Assembly: GCF_006345805.1 (NCBI RefSeq)
Contig: NC_042998.1
Span: 55,428,001 to 55,492,000, forward strand
Direction of reading: 5' to 3'
Source of the DNA: Octopus sinensis
Lineage: Eukaryota
DNA: 64,000 nt
Made by a program: the position numbers and the translations under genes. Shown here one piece after another: positions 24,712-38,268 of this stretch (positions within the stretch are counted from its first letter, which is position 1; each line of letters opens with the position of its first letter). The notes under the pieces were generated by a model. The model saw nothing but the letters and a program-made list of their open reading frames with translations, ran no database searches and had not been told where the DNA came from.

Positions 24712-24920
24712 ACCTTTCATCTTTTACTTATTTCAGACATTAGACTGCGGCCATGCTGGGGCACCGCTTTGATGAATTTTTAAATGGAATGTATCGACAC
24801 TAGTAATTTTTTTTTTTAACCTGGTACATTCTTTTTGCCGAACCGCTAAATTGCGGGGACGAAAGCACACTAACACCGGTTATCAAGCTGGGGTGGGGGA
24901 GAAACATATACACACATACA
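24712..24920 (-). mobile_element. SINE family A, 3' half (split from its 5' half by the maT element)
   Basis: Tail and 3' body on the minus strand, ending at the CA/TA linker where the transposon begins. Confidence 0.8.
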
Positions 24921-24922
24921 TA

Positions 24923-26115
24923 CATGGTGGGGAACCAAATCTTGGAAAATAATAGATAATTCACCAAATTGTTCATTTTACAACCAGCAACCGGATATAA
25001 GTATAATTTTAACACAAGTTTATAGGGATATAAAGAAACAATTTATTCAACATGCCCGCTTTCATTGTCCACCACAGCCTTCACACGCCGCCTGAAGGCG
25101 TCACAATTCTTCATGATGTAGTATCAGACATGTTGTCCCACGTTTCCCTCAGGAATTGCTTAACATGATCAATACTTGAATGCGAAGTTTTATTGGTAGA
25201 GTGCGCCAATTTACCCAATACGGTATAGTCCAGGGGTTTCAAGTCTGGCCTGGAAGAAGGCCAGAAGTTGGCAGGCCAAAAGTCGGCGAAGTTGTCCTCG
25301 CAGAATTTCTACGCTTTCTTCGACATATGAGCAGGAGTACCATCTTGGGTCCACACATAATAACTGTGAGACTTTAACCAAGACAAAACCTTATACCGCA
25401 GAACTTTATAATAAACTTCAGTCCCCACCTTTTCCCCAGACTTGAAAAAAATGGAGAGGCATCTTATTTTCCGTCAAACCCCACGATTCCGAGTACCATA
25501 ACTGGAGCTAGATACTTTGGTCCTAAAAACGCCATTTACTTCAGAAGGTGACTTAGCAATGCTTCAGGTATTGCAAGACATTTTTGGCCCTTTCATGGCT
25601 TCTGACTTTCGTTGCATGGGGCAATAGGTGTCTCGGGTTCCTCACGTATAACCCCCAACTGTAAGTCTGTGTGTACAGCAGTTCTGGTGGTCTTTGGATC
25701 ATCTTTCATGTCCATGGACAGTTTTCTCATGGATGTTCTTGGGTTTTTCGAAATTTTGACTTTGAGGGATTAAAGAAATGTATTATTCCATTTTTTATCC
25801 ATGCCTCCACTTCCTTGCTTTCTCTTGATGCCTCCCATATCCGGCATTTGGTTCTTAACGTTGTAGACAGTGGACACAGAAGGCCCGACAATCTCAGTAA
25901 TACGTCTAATTGCAACCCCGGCACGAAGCAAATCTGCAATGCGTTGACTCGTGGCTTCTTGAGTGGACATACTAAATTGTATGACTGGAACTTCTGCTTA
26001 AATTAATTCTATATACCTCCACCCTGAAATAGAAAACAATATTTTAGTAATTACCCTCAGAAATATATGAAAAATAAAGCTTCCAAAATATTCCAAGTTT
26101 TGCTTCCCCAGCCTG
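24923..26115 (-). mobile_element. maT (DD37D) Tc1/mariner transposon with both TIRs, decayed
   Basis: TIRs CATGGTGGGGAACCAAATCTTGGAAAAT and CAGGCTGGGGAAGCAAAACTTGGAATAT, each flanked by TA. Transposase reads QDGTPAH...WPSSRPDLKPLDY with 37 codons (one now a stop) between D (25344) and D (25230). HTH ORF 25770-25970. Confidence 0.93.
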
Positions 26116-26117
26116 TA

Positions 26118-26280
26118 CCATAGGCTTCTTTCAGTTTCCGTTTACCAAATCCACTCACAAGGCTTTGGTTGGCCCGAGGCTATAGCAGAAGACACTTGTC
26201 GAAGGTGCCATGCAGTGGGTCTGAACCATGAACCATGTGGTTGGGAAGCAAGCTTCTTGCCACGCAGTCACGTCTGCGCT
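26118..26280 (-). mobile_element. SINE family A, 5' half
   Basis: Continues the SINE interrupted at 24920. Confidence 0.82.
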
Positions 26281-26660
26281 TATAGGATATCGTCGTTGTA
26301 GAGACATGCGATGAAGGTGAGATATATAATGTGCTGGAGACCCATATCGAGCAGCCATTCCATGTACGCAACCAGTGCTAAATTTTAAAGCTATTTGGTT
26401 TTTATTATTTATATTCTTTTATCAGATTATGAGTTCGTCCAGAAACGTCAGGTTTCATCTACCCTCACAAGCATTAAGCAGCAAAAAAAAAAAAAAAAAT
26501 TATGCAAATTTTACTGTATGATTTTTATCGACATTGTTACCCCTCTAGTGTCCTCGTACTCCTTTTTCTATTTTTTCTTTTGAAATATTTCGTTCCAATT
26601 TCTAAGACGGTAGCAATATGATCGCTACTGTAAAATGTCCTTGCTAGGCTCGTACGTAAC

Positions 26661-26710
<50 letters not shown>

Positions 26711-27224
26711 GGTGGTGGTGGTGGTGGTGGTAGTGGCTGCAGCAGCAGCATAAAGTACCTGTCGAGCGTTGGTGCAGACACCGCCGCCAGCTGTCAAATC
26801 ATGCTTGTTCTACATTGTCAAGCTTCGGAGAGCCGAAGAATTGTGTATGTGGTTATGTGGTGTGTGTGTGTGTGCGTGTGTGTGTGCGTGTGTGCGTGTG
26901 TGCGTGTGTGTGTGTGTGCGTGTGTGTGTTTGTGTGCGTGTGTGTGTGTGTGCGTGTGTGTGTTGTGTGTGCGTGTGTGTGTGTGTGCGTGTGTGTGTGT
27001 GTGTGCGTGCGTGCTCACGACTATTCGGGTACTTAGAATAATTAGCGAATGTTTGGTACACGCTACCTCTTTTTAAGAAATGATAGTTGTATTTAATACA
27101 ATATCGAGCCATCGACTACTTACTAATATACAAAATGTTTATTTACATAGAGTTATAAGAAACGTCTCCGACAGAAGCTGCTAATACAACGGGGTAAAAA
27201 TTAGATAAAGTGAACATCTATCTA

Positions 27225-27600
27225 TCCCCTTTCTTCGCTCACTATTCCTGGAGGGTGGTTGTTCGGGTGGAGTCCTCAGTTATTTCCTACATAGAGTCCT
27301 GTGACCAAATGAGACAATGGATATTATCCAATCTCTTCGGGTTTAGTTTATCACACCTGGGCCTTGACTTGACTTGAAGAATCTGTCTTGCGATCCTTTC
27401 CTGCGACGCTCTAATCACGTGTCCATTGTACCGGAGCTGTAGCCTCTCAATGCGGAGAAGCTGCGTCTCGACTGGGAGAGCGACCCTGAGCTCCGAACTA
27501 CGTACCCTGTCGAGTAACGTTATTTCTTCCAGAAATCTTTCGAAAGAGCTACATATTGGTTTCTTGTATTCACGATCGTATTCATTTCGGAAAGAGATCT
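27225..27600 (-). mobile_element. RTE-clade LINE 3' fragment
   Basis: An ATG-less open frame reads ITLLDRVRSSELRVALPVETQLLRIERLQLRYNGHVIRASQERIARQIL...RLDNIH, an RTE C-terminal signature (LR[WY]xGHVxR); stop at 27287. Confidence 0.8.
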
Positions 27601-27779
27601 AGGGAAATGTGAACATTACAAAAAAAAAAAAAAAAAAAAGAGGAGATATAGATATTGTTCTGGGTTAAGGCCCACTCCGTAGCACGATGGGCAAGTGTCG
27701 TCTACTATAGCTCCGGAATGATCAAAGCCTTGTGAGTGGATTTGGGAGACGGAAACTGAAAGAAGCCCGTCATATAATC

Positions 27780-28344
<565 letters not shown>

Positions 28345-28384
28345 CGTGTGTGTGTGTGCGTGTGTGCGTGTGGGTCCGTGTATG

Positions 28385-28617
28385 CATATGTGTCACGATG
28401 TTTGTGTTAGTCCCCCGTTACTGCTTGACAACTGGTATTGGTGTGTTTACATTCTAATAACACATCGGTTAGGCAAAAGAAACCGAAAGAATAATTATCA
28501 AACTTTAAAAATAAACACTGGGAGAGGTCGATTCATTTCACTAAAAGCCTTCAAGGCGGTTCCCCTGCATGGTCGCAGTCCAATGACTGAAACAAGTAAA
28601 AGATAAAAGATAAAAGC
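28385..28617 (+). mobile_element. SINE family A, 3' half, diverged
   Basis: gcttgacaactggtattggtgtgtttac ... catggtcgcagtccaatgactgaaacaagtaaaag. Confidence 0.8.
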
Positions 28618-29507
28618 AAGATGTTTTTACTTCGTGGTCAGTTGATGCATCTTATCCGTGTTTTGGAAGAAAATAAAATGCCACAATAGATACCACTTCT
28701 TTAAAATAACAGACCGTAATAAAGAGGCTGAGAGGAGAAAGCTGACAAGACAACGAGGACTTTTAGACCTAATTAGGTTCACTTCTGTCCGTGTTGTCAG
28801 CATTCTTTACTATTAAATATAGGTTTGTACAGCCGTTTTAGAACACTTAGGTAAATTCAACGGAATGAAGTTGTCGACGCTGAAAGATATCAATGATGCT
28901 GAATATAATGGACAGAGTAGTATTATATGTAGAGTAGAATAAAGAGCTGGAGTAGTTCCAATAATTATTTGTCGCAAGTGGATGATAGTGAGCGTCTTAA
29001 GACTGAAACGTTGTTCAGTTCTATTTAACTATAGTGCTGCCACCACCGCTGCCAAAGCTGTTATTCTTACAATTGTTTACTCTCGATATCGCCATCTAGG
29101 AGTTCTCTTCTCCATTCAACAACATTCCAATATCTCTGTAATAACGGTTAATAATGGCAATCTTCAATTAGTTGTCCGTGTCCTTCCGAGCAACGGTCAT
29201 GTTCGGATCAGAAATGGAAGTGATAACTGAAATTAGCATGATTATTATCTCTCTCTCTCTCTTTCTCTCTCTCACTTTCTCTCTTTCATTTCTCTCTCTC
29301 TCATACTCTCTCTCTCTCTCTCTATCTCCCTCTCTCTCTCTGTTCGCGTGTTTGTGTATGCGTGTGTGAGTGGAGAGTGCGTGTGTATGTGTAACAGTGT
29401 CTGTATGTGTGTGTTACCCTATCTTATCCTTGCAAACTTTACTTTCCTCGCCATTCAGTTTTTTGTTCTTATACCTTTTTACAATAGTTTTAGCACTTTA
29501 TCACCTT

Positions 29508-29622
29508 TCTTCTTCTTCTTCTTCTTCTTCTTCTTCTTCTTCTTCTTCTTCTTCTTCTTCTTCTTCTTCTTCTTCTTCTTCTTCTTCTTCTTCTTCTTCT
29601 TCTTCTTCTTCTTCTTCTTCTT
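29508..29622 (+). repeat. (TTC)n microsatellite
   Basis: Direct reading. Confidence 0.98.
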
Positions 29623-32343
29623 TCATTCTTTCTTCATTTACCTTCTCTTTTTTCCCACTTCCTTCTTACCATTTTCTCCGTCTTTATGCCTTGCTTTTTA
29701 TTTTCATCTTCACAGTAAGAGATCTTTCTTCCTCTAATTTCAGACTGTTCACCTTTAGAATTCTTCCTCCCCACTTCGTAATGACTCTTCACATTAAACC
29801 TTTGATCTTACATGTTTGTTTTTCTTTGAGAAGAAGTAATAGGGAAACAGCTGGTCCGATTACTATGGCATCCGCTGATTATTTACAGAGATGTGCCACA
29901 GAGATAAAGGTGTAGTGCTGTTGTAGCCATATGCTTCAACGATACGGCGCCCTCTGTGTGCGAAGCGGCTCATCTCTGGTAGGGGGCGCCTCAATGACTA
30001 AGTGAAAACGAGAACTTTGTTGTCGTCTGGCAAATTTTGATGCATAAAAGTTTGTGTTCGTCCATTGTACCAAAGAAAACAGCCTTTGGTTTTAGTAGGC
30101 AGTAGGTGAGTAGGGGAGCGAAATGTAGATTCTTCATGTTATAGTATCTGCCATTTTCTTAAAAACCACTGGCGTCTAATAAACCGGAACTGACACCAGA
30201 TTTAACTTTGCTTCGTTTTTTTTTCCTGTTTCATTTTGAGGAACAATAAAGGATAGTTATGTGCGAACGATATATGTAATGTTGCTGTTTACGTCGAACA
30301 ATTTCAACTAGAGTATTCTCTGCGTATAACAGTTATGTTTAACGTCAAAATGAAAATGACATTGTTCAGTAGTGATAAAAAATTTCAAACTTTATATGAA
30401 ATCAATTACTTTGACAAAATGTCTTTGCTAATTCTTAAAATTACTTTAGAAATTAAAGTGGATCGGTTGATATTAAATCAGGTAGATTGGTTGAATATCA
30501 TATTAGCAAATAACGAAGGCTAGAAGAAAAATATTTATTAAGAAATATATCTGACAGTTAAGAAATGACTATTTACTTGTATTCGCTTTCACTGGACCGA
30601 TGTATGATTTTGTCACATTGTTGTCGTTTCATAGCCAAAGCGTAATCATAGAGGCTCTTTTCACTATATAGTCGAAGAGAAAGAAAAGAGAAAAGATCAT
30701 CGCTCATGACATTGTTAGGGCCATCTTGTGTTGCAAGAAATGTTCAACTATTGCAGGTTGGTGTTACTAAAGAAAATTTCAAACAGAACAAACCTATATA
30801 ATCGTTAACTTAGAAATAGCGATAAACGACGGAGAGTGTCGTTTGGTTAGTTTTGTGAGTTAATGGTTGCAATAAATAACATAGAAGTTAGAATCTCTGG
30901 ATGGGAAATCCTTAGTAAATGATTTCGTGGTCAATCTGGTTAATGACTAGGAGTGACTGCTGAGAGGAAATCCGGTTGACAAGAGAAAGTGTAGGTAGAG
31001 ATGGTGTACATTCTAGGCACAATCTACCATGAATATCCATCATTTCCGGACACCTAAAATTACAAAGAAATCACAACACATCACATATATGCCTACATTG
31101 CTTATAACGTTAAACAAAACGAAGGAAGCAGTTTATGTCTGAAATCTTCAGACTTTAAAATACGAAAAAATGTTATAATTGTAGCCTAAAGGACAGCATT
31201 ATTTATGAAGATGATAGAAAGGTAATTAATAATACAAATGGGGGAACCACTTTATAAAAAGACAGCCTTTGCTAATTATTTGTCTAAGTAAATTTCCTGG
31301 TGTTCAGGAAGGATGAATGAACAAGAGAAGGGAAAAAAAAAAGATTCTTCAGAAATTCCGTTCTTTGATATTCTTGTGAATATGTACTTGCACGAAACAT
31401 TTTAACGGGTTTTCATTCGTGTCACGTTTGAATGCCTATGACAGAAAATTCTAGAAGTGATTTTAGGTGTACAGTAATCTATAAAACTTATATTCATTGT
31501 TGTTTTTTGTCTTCTTGTTTAACATTCTATGCCAATAAATCTTTGTCAAAAAGCTTTGTTGACACCCGATTAATTTTCCTTCTATTCCAGCTGGATCTTT
31601 ATGCTGTCTGCCTCAATCAGATTTGTGTTCCACTCCATTATCTATAAGGTCACTTCTAGAAATTAGACGATAAGATTTATGTCTAAAAACTCAGTCATGT
31701 TTGCGAATAATTGTTAACTAATATTTCCACCAAAACAGACAATATCTTGACATTGTAATAAACAACTACTTTATCAAAAGCTTATATTGTCATAACCACG
31801 AGAGAGCTACTCTGAGAATTTCTAATTAAGTGTAACATTTTGTATAAATTACATCATTTCAAAATTGTGAACTTAACGCTAGAATGATTTTTAAGAAAAA
31901 CAAGGAAACTTTAGGGATGAAACATAGAATAATAAAAGGATACACATAGGCAAACACTTACTAAAAGCAGGGTCCAATGGACGGGATGATATGTATATGA
32001 GTTGATTGTAATTGTCTTTAAAAAAGGGGGCTTATAGTTTAGCTCAAAAATATGTCTTCTAAACCTAAAAAACTGACATAGTGGTTGGGACTGGAAGTAA
32101 GAATCTGCTTTATTATGTCCTTCGTTTTCAATGCATATAAATACTGACATAATTACATATTTTGTAATTTAATAGGTTATTCATATATCAGCCACATGTT
32201 TAGAAGGATGGCATTACACGCACATATTCATATGTATATTTAAAGACGCAGCACACACACACACACACACTCACACACACACACACACACACATACACAC
32301 ACACACACACACATACACACACACAGAAACGTACTCTCTTCCA

Positions 32344-32378
<35 letters not shown>

Positions 32379-32885
32379 GCTCGGTCTCTTCCCCGATTCA
32401 TATTCTTCCATCTGCTATTCTATTCGCATCCACATTGATATTAAAAACATCCCGCCAACGACAGAAAATGTCATAACCCATCTACACATTTAATGCACAC
32501 ATACATACAGATATAGACTGCTACAAATTTACATCATCTTTGAAATTGTCATACTCACTAGCATGTGTATTTCTACAAACAGAAATAAGTACTCCATCAC
32601 ATACATACATACAAACATACATACATACACATATATACATATATATACATACATGCATACATACTTAGAGACACGCATACATACATTTTGTGCGTGTGTG
32701 CATAGATATATTTATGTATGAATGTATATATGTATGTATATATATGTATGCATATAATGTATACATGTGTATACATTATATACATACATATATATATATA
32801 CACATATATGTATATATATATATATATACATATAAATATAGATATATACATATACATATATATATATATACTTATATATATATAC

Positions 32886-32952
<67 letters not shown>

Positions 32953-32957
<5 letters not shown>

Positions 32958-33332
32958 AATAACTCCAATAGCTACTACATTGGATCTACCACAGAATTTA
33001 AGCAAAGCTATTATGCACATTTAAACCCGTTTAAATATAAAGAGAATAGCAATTCCACATCACTAGCCAGGTATGTTCACCATCTAATTAAAAGAAAGAG
33101 TCAATATAAACTTTTCTGAGCTATAATAGAGTCTGGTATCCCATGTCAGGGCCAGCAGTCCATTTGTGGACTCTACTTAAAAGAAGCCCTCAAAATTTTA
33201 ATCCTTAACTCACCACAATTGCTTAACAAACACAACGAAGCTTTCACAACGTGTAAACACAAATTCTTCCGCACTTTTAAATTCTTCCATAAATCCAAAT
33301 GTAAATTCAGAACACCCCTACCCAACGAATAA
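32953..33332 (+). mobile_element. Penelope-like element GIY-YIG endonuclease relic (3' end of ORF)
   Basis: One frame reads [38 protein letters not shown]...KLF*AIIESGIPCQGQQSICGLYLKEALKIL...LLNKHNEAFTTCKHKF, matching PLE motifs YIGxT, NSTxLxxY, CxLCxxE and LLNKxxE..CxH. Single in-frame TGA at 33117. Confidence 0.85.
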
Positions 33333-34376
33333 CACTCACATACAAACCTCCATGAGCGTTAACACATATTCCTGTGTATGTCTTCCATCAACTTTACCTC
33401 ATCACTTTATAAAATAAATGTTAATTCTTTAATTTATTTTTAAACTTTAACCTAATAAATCCCCTAATATTTAATTCTAACTCTTATTTCTAACTAAATT
33501 AACGTTCAACTGGTTTCTCCATTCACGACTACCTACACACCCATACTCTCATTGCTAAAAATATTTCTACAGCCACTGACCTTAGCCATAAAACGGACAC
33601 ACGCACTTACTGCTAGATTTCCTACCCAAACCACACAGACTAGAAGAATACCACTGACATCAACTATTCTCTTTGAATCCCTTTCAAAAATGCTGCGTTC
33701 GAAATATCATAATGGATGGGTAAATAAGCATCCTTAAAGTGAAACAACGCGTTGTTATATAAACAAATGTATCAACAAATAGAAGAGAGGAAAGGGAACA
33801 TCACCTTTCAAGTAACTCAGAATAGGTAAAGGTATGCTTACCAAAGTTTAATGCAGTTTAAATGTAGTGATTAAGATTGTTTGGTATTGGATATTCACCA
33901 CGTACAGTGTTCCTAGTCAATTTAATCACCGTCGCAGGTGGACAGTCGAAATAAATAAATAAACAAAATCCGTTCACTTTTATATTCTCTTACCAGGTAA
34001 TAATACACAATTACAACATAAATAAATGATAAATTTTAAAAATGTGAAAACCACTAAAAATGTTCTCTAATGCCAGTATACAACTATATAGATTAAAAAA
34101 GTATGAAAGACCCTACATACAAAAAAAAACTATGTACATACAACGAATTAGAGAAAAACCCGTGTTAACCGCCGGTTTTTCCATTTACGCAGGACCATCC
34201 TTGAGACGTAAATAATGTGTGTGTAAAGTTTGATGAAAATCGGTTGGGAATTGTGGAAATGTATGCATTAGTCAATATACACACACATACTGTGATTTAT
34301 ATATAATAGATGTACGATATTTCGTCACGAGCAAATCATTTAATAAAACATTGGCCTAGTAGTTAGAGCAGTGGTG

Positions 34377-34650
34377 GAGACACATGGCCTAGTGGTTAGA
34401 GCAGCAGACTCGCGGTCGAGAGATCACGGGTTCGAATCTAAGGCCGGGCCATGTGTGTGTGTGTTTATGAGTGAAACACCTAAGCTCCAGGCGCCACAAC
34501 TTTCTTTCACTCTTTCCTCCTGCATCTAGCAGCTCACCTGTGACGGACCAGCGTCCCGTCCAGGTGAGAAACCTATACGCCAATGAAACCGGGAAACTGG
34601 TCCTTATGAGCCAGGCATGGCTCGAGAAGGAACAAACAACAACAAAGACA
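34377..34650 (+). mobile_element. SINE family B variant
   Basis: TGGCCTAGTGG and GGTTCGAATC boxes; tail gagccaggcatggctcgagaaggaac(aac)n; homologous to 47455-47760. Confidence 0.85.
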
Positions 34651-34675
34651 AGATATATATATATATTATATATAT

Positions 34676-34870
34676 AGACGCCATGATAGATCGTTAGCCA
34701 CTACACACATTTTTTCTCTCCTTGTTTTTTTCTGTGTACCTTTCTGTAGAAGAGCGTAGGCTCAAAACGTAAAAGACTTTTCTATTCCTGAGCGATATAC
34801 TAATACATCTGTTTGTTTTGTACACCACCTGTCTTCGTCTTTTGTTTTTTTTTTCCTAAACTTTCCTTAT
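34676..34870 (+). mobile_element. HHR family B repeat (minimal hammerhead at 34740-34775)
   Basis: CTTT-CTGTAGA-A-GAGC-GTAG-GCTC-AAAA-CG-T-A-AAAG; homologous to 44135-44360 and 46780-46950. Confidence 0.8.
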
Positions 34871-35679
34871 ATATATACACACACACATACACATACAGAG
34901 AAGACGCATAGCTCAATGATTAGGGTGTTGCACTCACGATTTGGCGATAATGATTTCAATTCCTAGACTGAGTGGTGCATTGTGTTCTTCAGCAAAACAC
35001 TTAAAGTCTTTCATCGGATCCTAACTATGAACGCTTTGAAATTATATTTCCGATCATACAAAACACTTCAAATATCATTTTAGCAAGTTTAAACTGATTT
35101 CTTTTGTACCGTAAACCATTTGCTATTTCTGTGGTGTTCCCCACTTCCTTTGATATCCTTTGCACGTGCTTATTTTGCTCAATGGTTGATCCAGTACAGG
35201 TTCTTTTACTTTCGAATGAAATGTAGCCAAGCATTTTGCCAAGTGTGTTAATGATTCGGCCAGCTCGTCGCCTTACGCAATCATTAATATTGATTTTATG
35301 AAACCTTAACAAAACGTCGGAACACATCATTTGCTAACGCATTTGTGAAGAGTTTATTTATAAGTGTTGTATAACTACTTTAAACATTATGATGCGCTTA
35401 GTGGAAGAAAGGAATATTCAACATTTTACAACAAAATTAACTCAAGAGCCGTTTTAAGTTTTCCAAACAATATTAATGCTTTAGCTTTGTGTTTCTCTGG
35501 GGAAATAATGAATTATTTATCAATTTGAATACTATTAGTGTTTAATGACTGTTGATCTATGATAAGAAGACTACAATTGGAATTTTTTTTATTATGTCAC
35601 TTTAATTTAAAGCTCGTTTATAGATTTCATTGTGTAATACATATGTCTGTTAAACATGGATATATTACTTTCAACTTTT

Positions 35680-35883
35680 GGCACAAATCCAGCTATGTCG
35701 AGGGAGTGGATAAGTCGATTACATCGACGCTAGTGCTCAACTGGTACTTATTTTATCGAACCCGAAAGGGTGAAAGGCTAAGGGGAACTCGGCAGCATTT
35801 GAAATCTGGACGTGAGGAAGGACGAAATTCCGCTAAGCATTTTGCCCTCGTGGTAACGATTCTGCCAGCTTGCCGCCCTTAAA
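35680..35883 (-). mobile_element. SINE family C
   Basis: Reverse complement of the family C head and body. Confidence 0.85.
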
Positions 35884-36002
35884 TGTGGATGTATTGACAG
35901 AAAATTGCATATTTCTTGTAGACCTAATGTAACTTCACGATAAAAATAAAAATAGACATGAAAAGAGCTTGAAATGACTATAGGATAAAAGTTCATCACA
36001 GT

Positions 36003-36405
36003 CGTAGGAGTGGCTGTGTGATAAGTAGCTTGCTTACCAACCACACGGTTCCGGGTTCACTCCCACTGCGTGGCACCTTGGGCAAGTGTCTTTTACTATA
36101 GCCTCGGGCCGACCAAAGTCTTGTGAGTGGATTTGGTAGGCGGAAACTGAAAGAAACCCGTCGTATATATGTATATAAATATGTATGTATGTGTTTGTGT
36201 GTCTGTCTTTGTTCCTCCAACATCGCTTGACAACCGATGCTGGTGTGTTTACGTCCCCTTAAGTTTGCGGTTCGGCAAAAAGAGACCGATAGAATAAGTA
36301 CTAGGCTTACAAAGAATAAGTCCTGGGGTCGATTTGCTCGACTAAAGGCAGTGACCCAGCATGGCCACAATCAAATGACTGAAACAAGTAAAAGAGTAAC
36401 GAGTA
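36003..36405 (+). mobile_element. SINE family A, full length, short linker
   Basis: Both halves and tail present. Confidence 0.95.
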
Positions 36406-36954
36406 AGAGTACATATAGATACCAAACAAAATTAATTATTTTCATGTTGCTGTTTGAGTCTAAAACGCTTGAAATCTTTTGTAGTCGTTTCTCGCTTGTT
36501 TATTACCAACTCTCCAACTTAAATTCAATGTGAAAGGGTGTAAATCAAGTTTCTTTTTTCCCTTTTTGCATGAATAAAGATGAGCTTTCAAATAGTTGAA
36601 AAATAGTTGTTGAAATATAGACATTGTAGCTATAATTAAAACGTAAGTTCTCGAAAATCATTTACATATTCAGATGTCATTATTATGATAAATGTTTTAA
36701 GACATAGAAGATAATATTTGCTGTCACTGAGTGCGAAACTTAAGATTCAATAAACAAGATTGCCTAATGCATAATATGTGGACATTTTGATTCTCATTTT
36801 AAATAGGACCTACTTTGAGTTAAGTGTTTTTACAACCCGAATTGTCTTCGAGATTGGATACAGTTCAGATACAGAGATACAAATTTTGAATGCAATACTA
36901 AACGCTAAATGTAGGTTCCTGTTATATGTACTGCAATATAAATAATAATATTGC

Positions 36955-37526
36955 ACATACATACATACAAACATACGTACTTACGTATGTATGAACATAC
37001 ATACAAACATACATACATACATACATGCATACACACACACGCACGCACGGATGCATGCATGCATGCATGCATACATACATACATATACATCATCACACAC
37101 AACACAACACACACCCACACACACACATACATACATACATACATACATACATACATACTACATACATACCTACATACATACATACATACATACCTTAATA
37201 CATACCTACATACATACATACATACATACATACATACATACATACATACATACATACATACATACATACATACAATACATACATACTACATACAATACAT
37301 ACATACATACATACATACATACGATACATAACATACATACATACATACTACATACATACATACATTACATACATACATACAGACATACACTACATACATA
37401 CATACATACATACATACATACATACATACATACATACAACATACATACATACATACTTACTTACTTACTTACTTACTTACATACTACTTACTTACTTACT
37501 TACTTACTACTTACTTACTTACTTGC

Positions 37527-37568
<42 letters not shown>

Positions 37569-37570
37569 TA
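36955..37570 (+). repeat. Compound (CATA)n/(CATG)n/(CTTA)n microsatellite
   Basis: Direct reading. Confidence 0.97.
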
Positions 37571-37599
37571 CGTGTGTGTATGTGTTTTAATGTCGAGTT

Positions 37600-37822
37600 A
37601 TGATGGTTTCAAATTTTGACATAAGGCCAACAATTTCGGAGGAGGGGTAAGTCGATCATCTCGATCTCAGTACTCAACAAGTACTAATGCTATTGGCCTC
37701 GAAAGGATAAACAGCAAAGTCTACCCCGGCGAAATTTGAACTCAGAACATAAAGACAGACGAAATTCCGCTAAGCAGCTTGCCCGGCGTGCTAACGATTC
37801 TGCCAGCCCGCCGCCGCCCTAT
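37600..37822 (-). mobile_element. SINE family C
   Basis: Reverse complement of ggcgggctggcagaatcgttagcacgccgggc... Confidence 0.85.
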
Positions 37823-38230
37823 ATTCAATTATAATAATAAAAAATAGATAAATAAATAAAAACAATTTTACATTAAACAGAAGGATTATTCAATGATTTT
37901 TGTAGAGTACATATTTATTATACTTTTTAAAAACGGGTGTGATAAAAGTGACTCGAAGTTTCGGTCACCTGGCCTTCACCGAACTGTCCAATGAAGGCTA
38001 ACAGGCTGAAATTCGAACTCATTATCACCACTTATCAGCTATATATATATATATAAATTGCTTTCAAATTTTGGTACAAGGCCTGCAATTTCGTGGGATG
38101 GGGAAGTCGAGCCCATCGATCCCAGTGCTCATCTGGTACTCGATTTATTGACCCTGAAAGGATGAAGGCAAAGTCGACTTCGGCAGAATTTATATATATG
38201 TTATATATAATGTATATATATATATATACT

Positions 38231-38268
<38 letters not shown>

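Noticed and set aside
28975-29020. GATGATAGT...ACTGAAACGTTG
   Set aside because: The core lacks CUG and stem I; probably chance.
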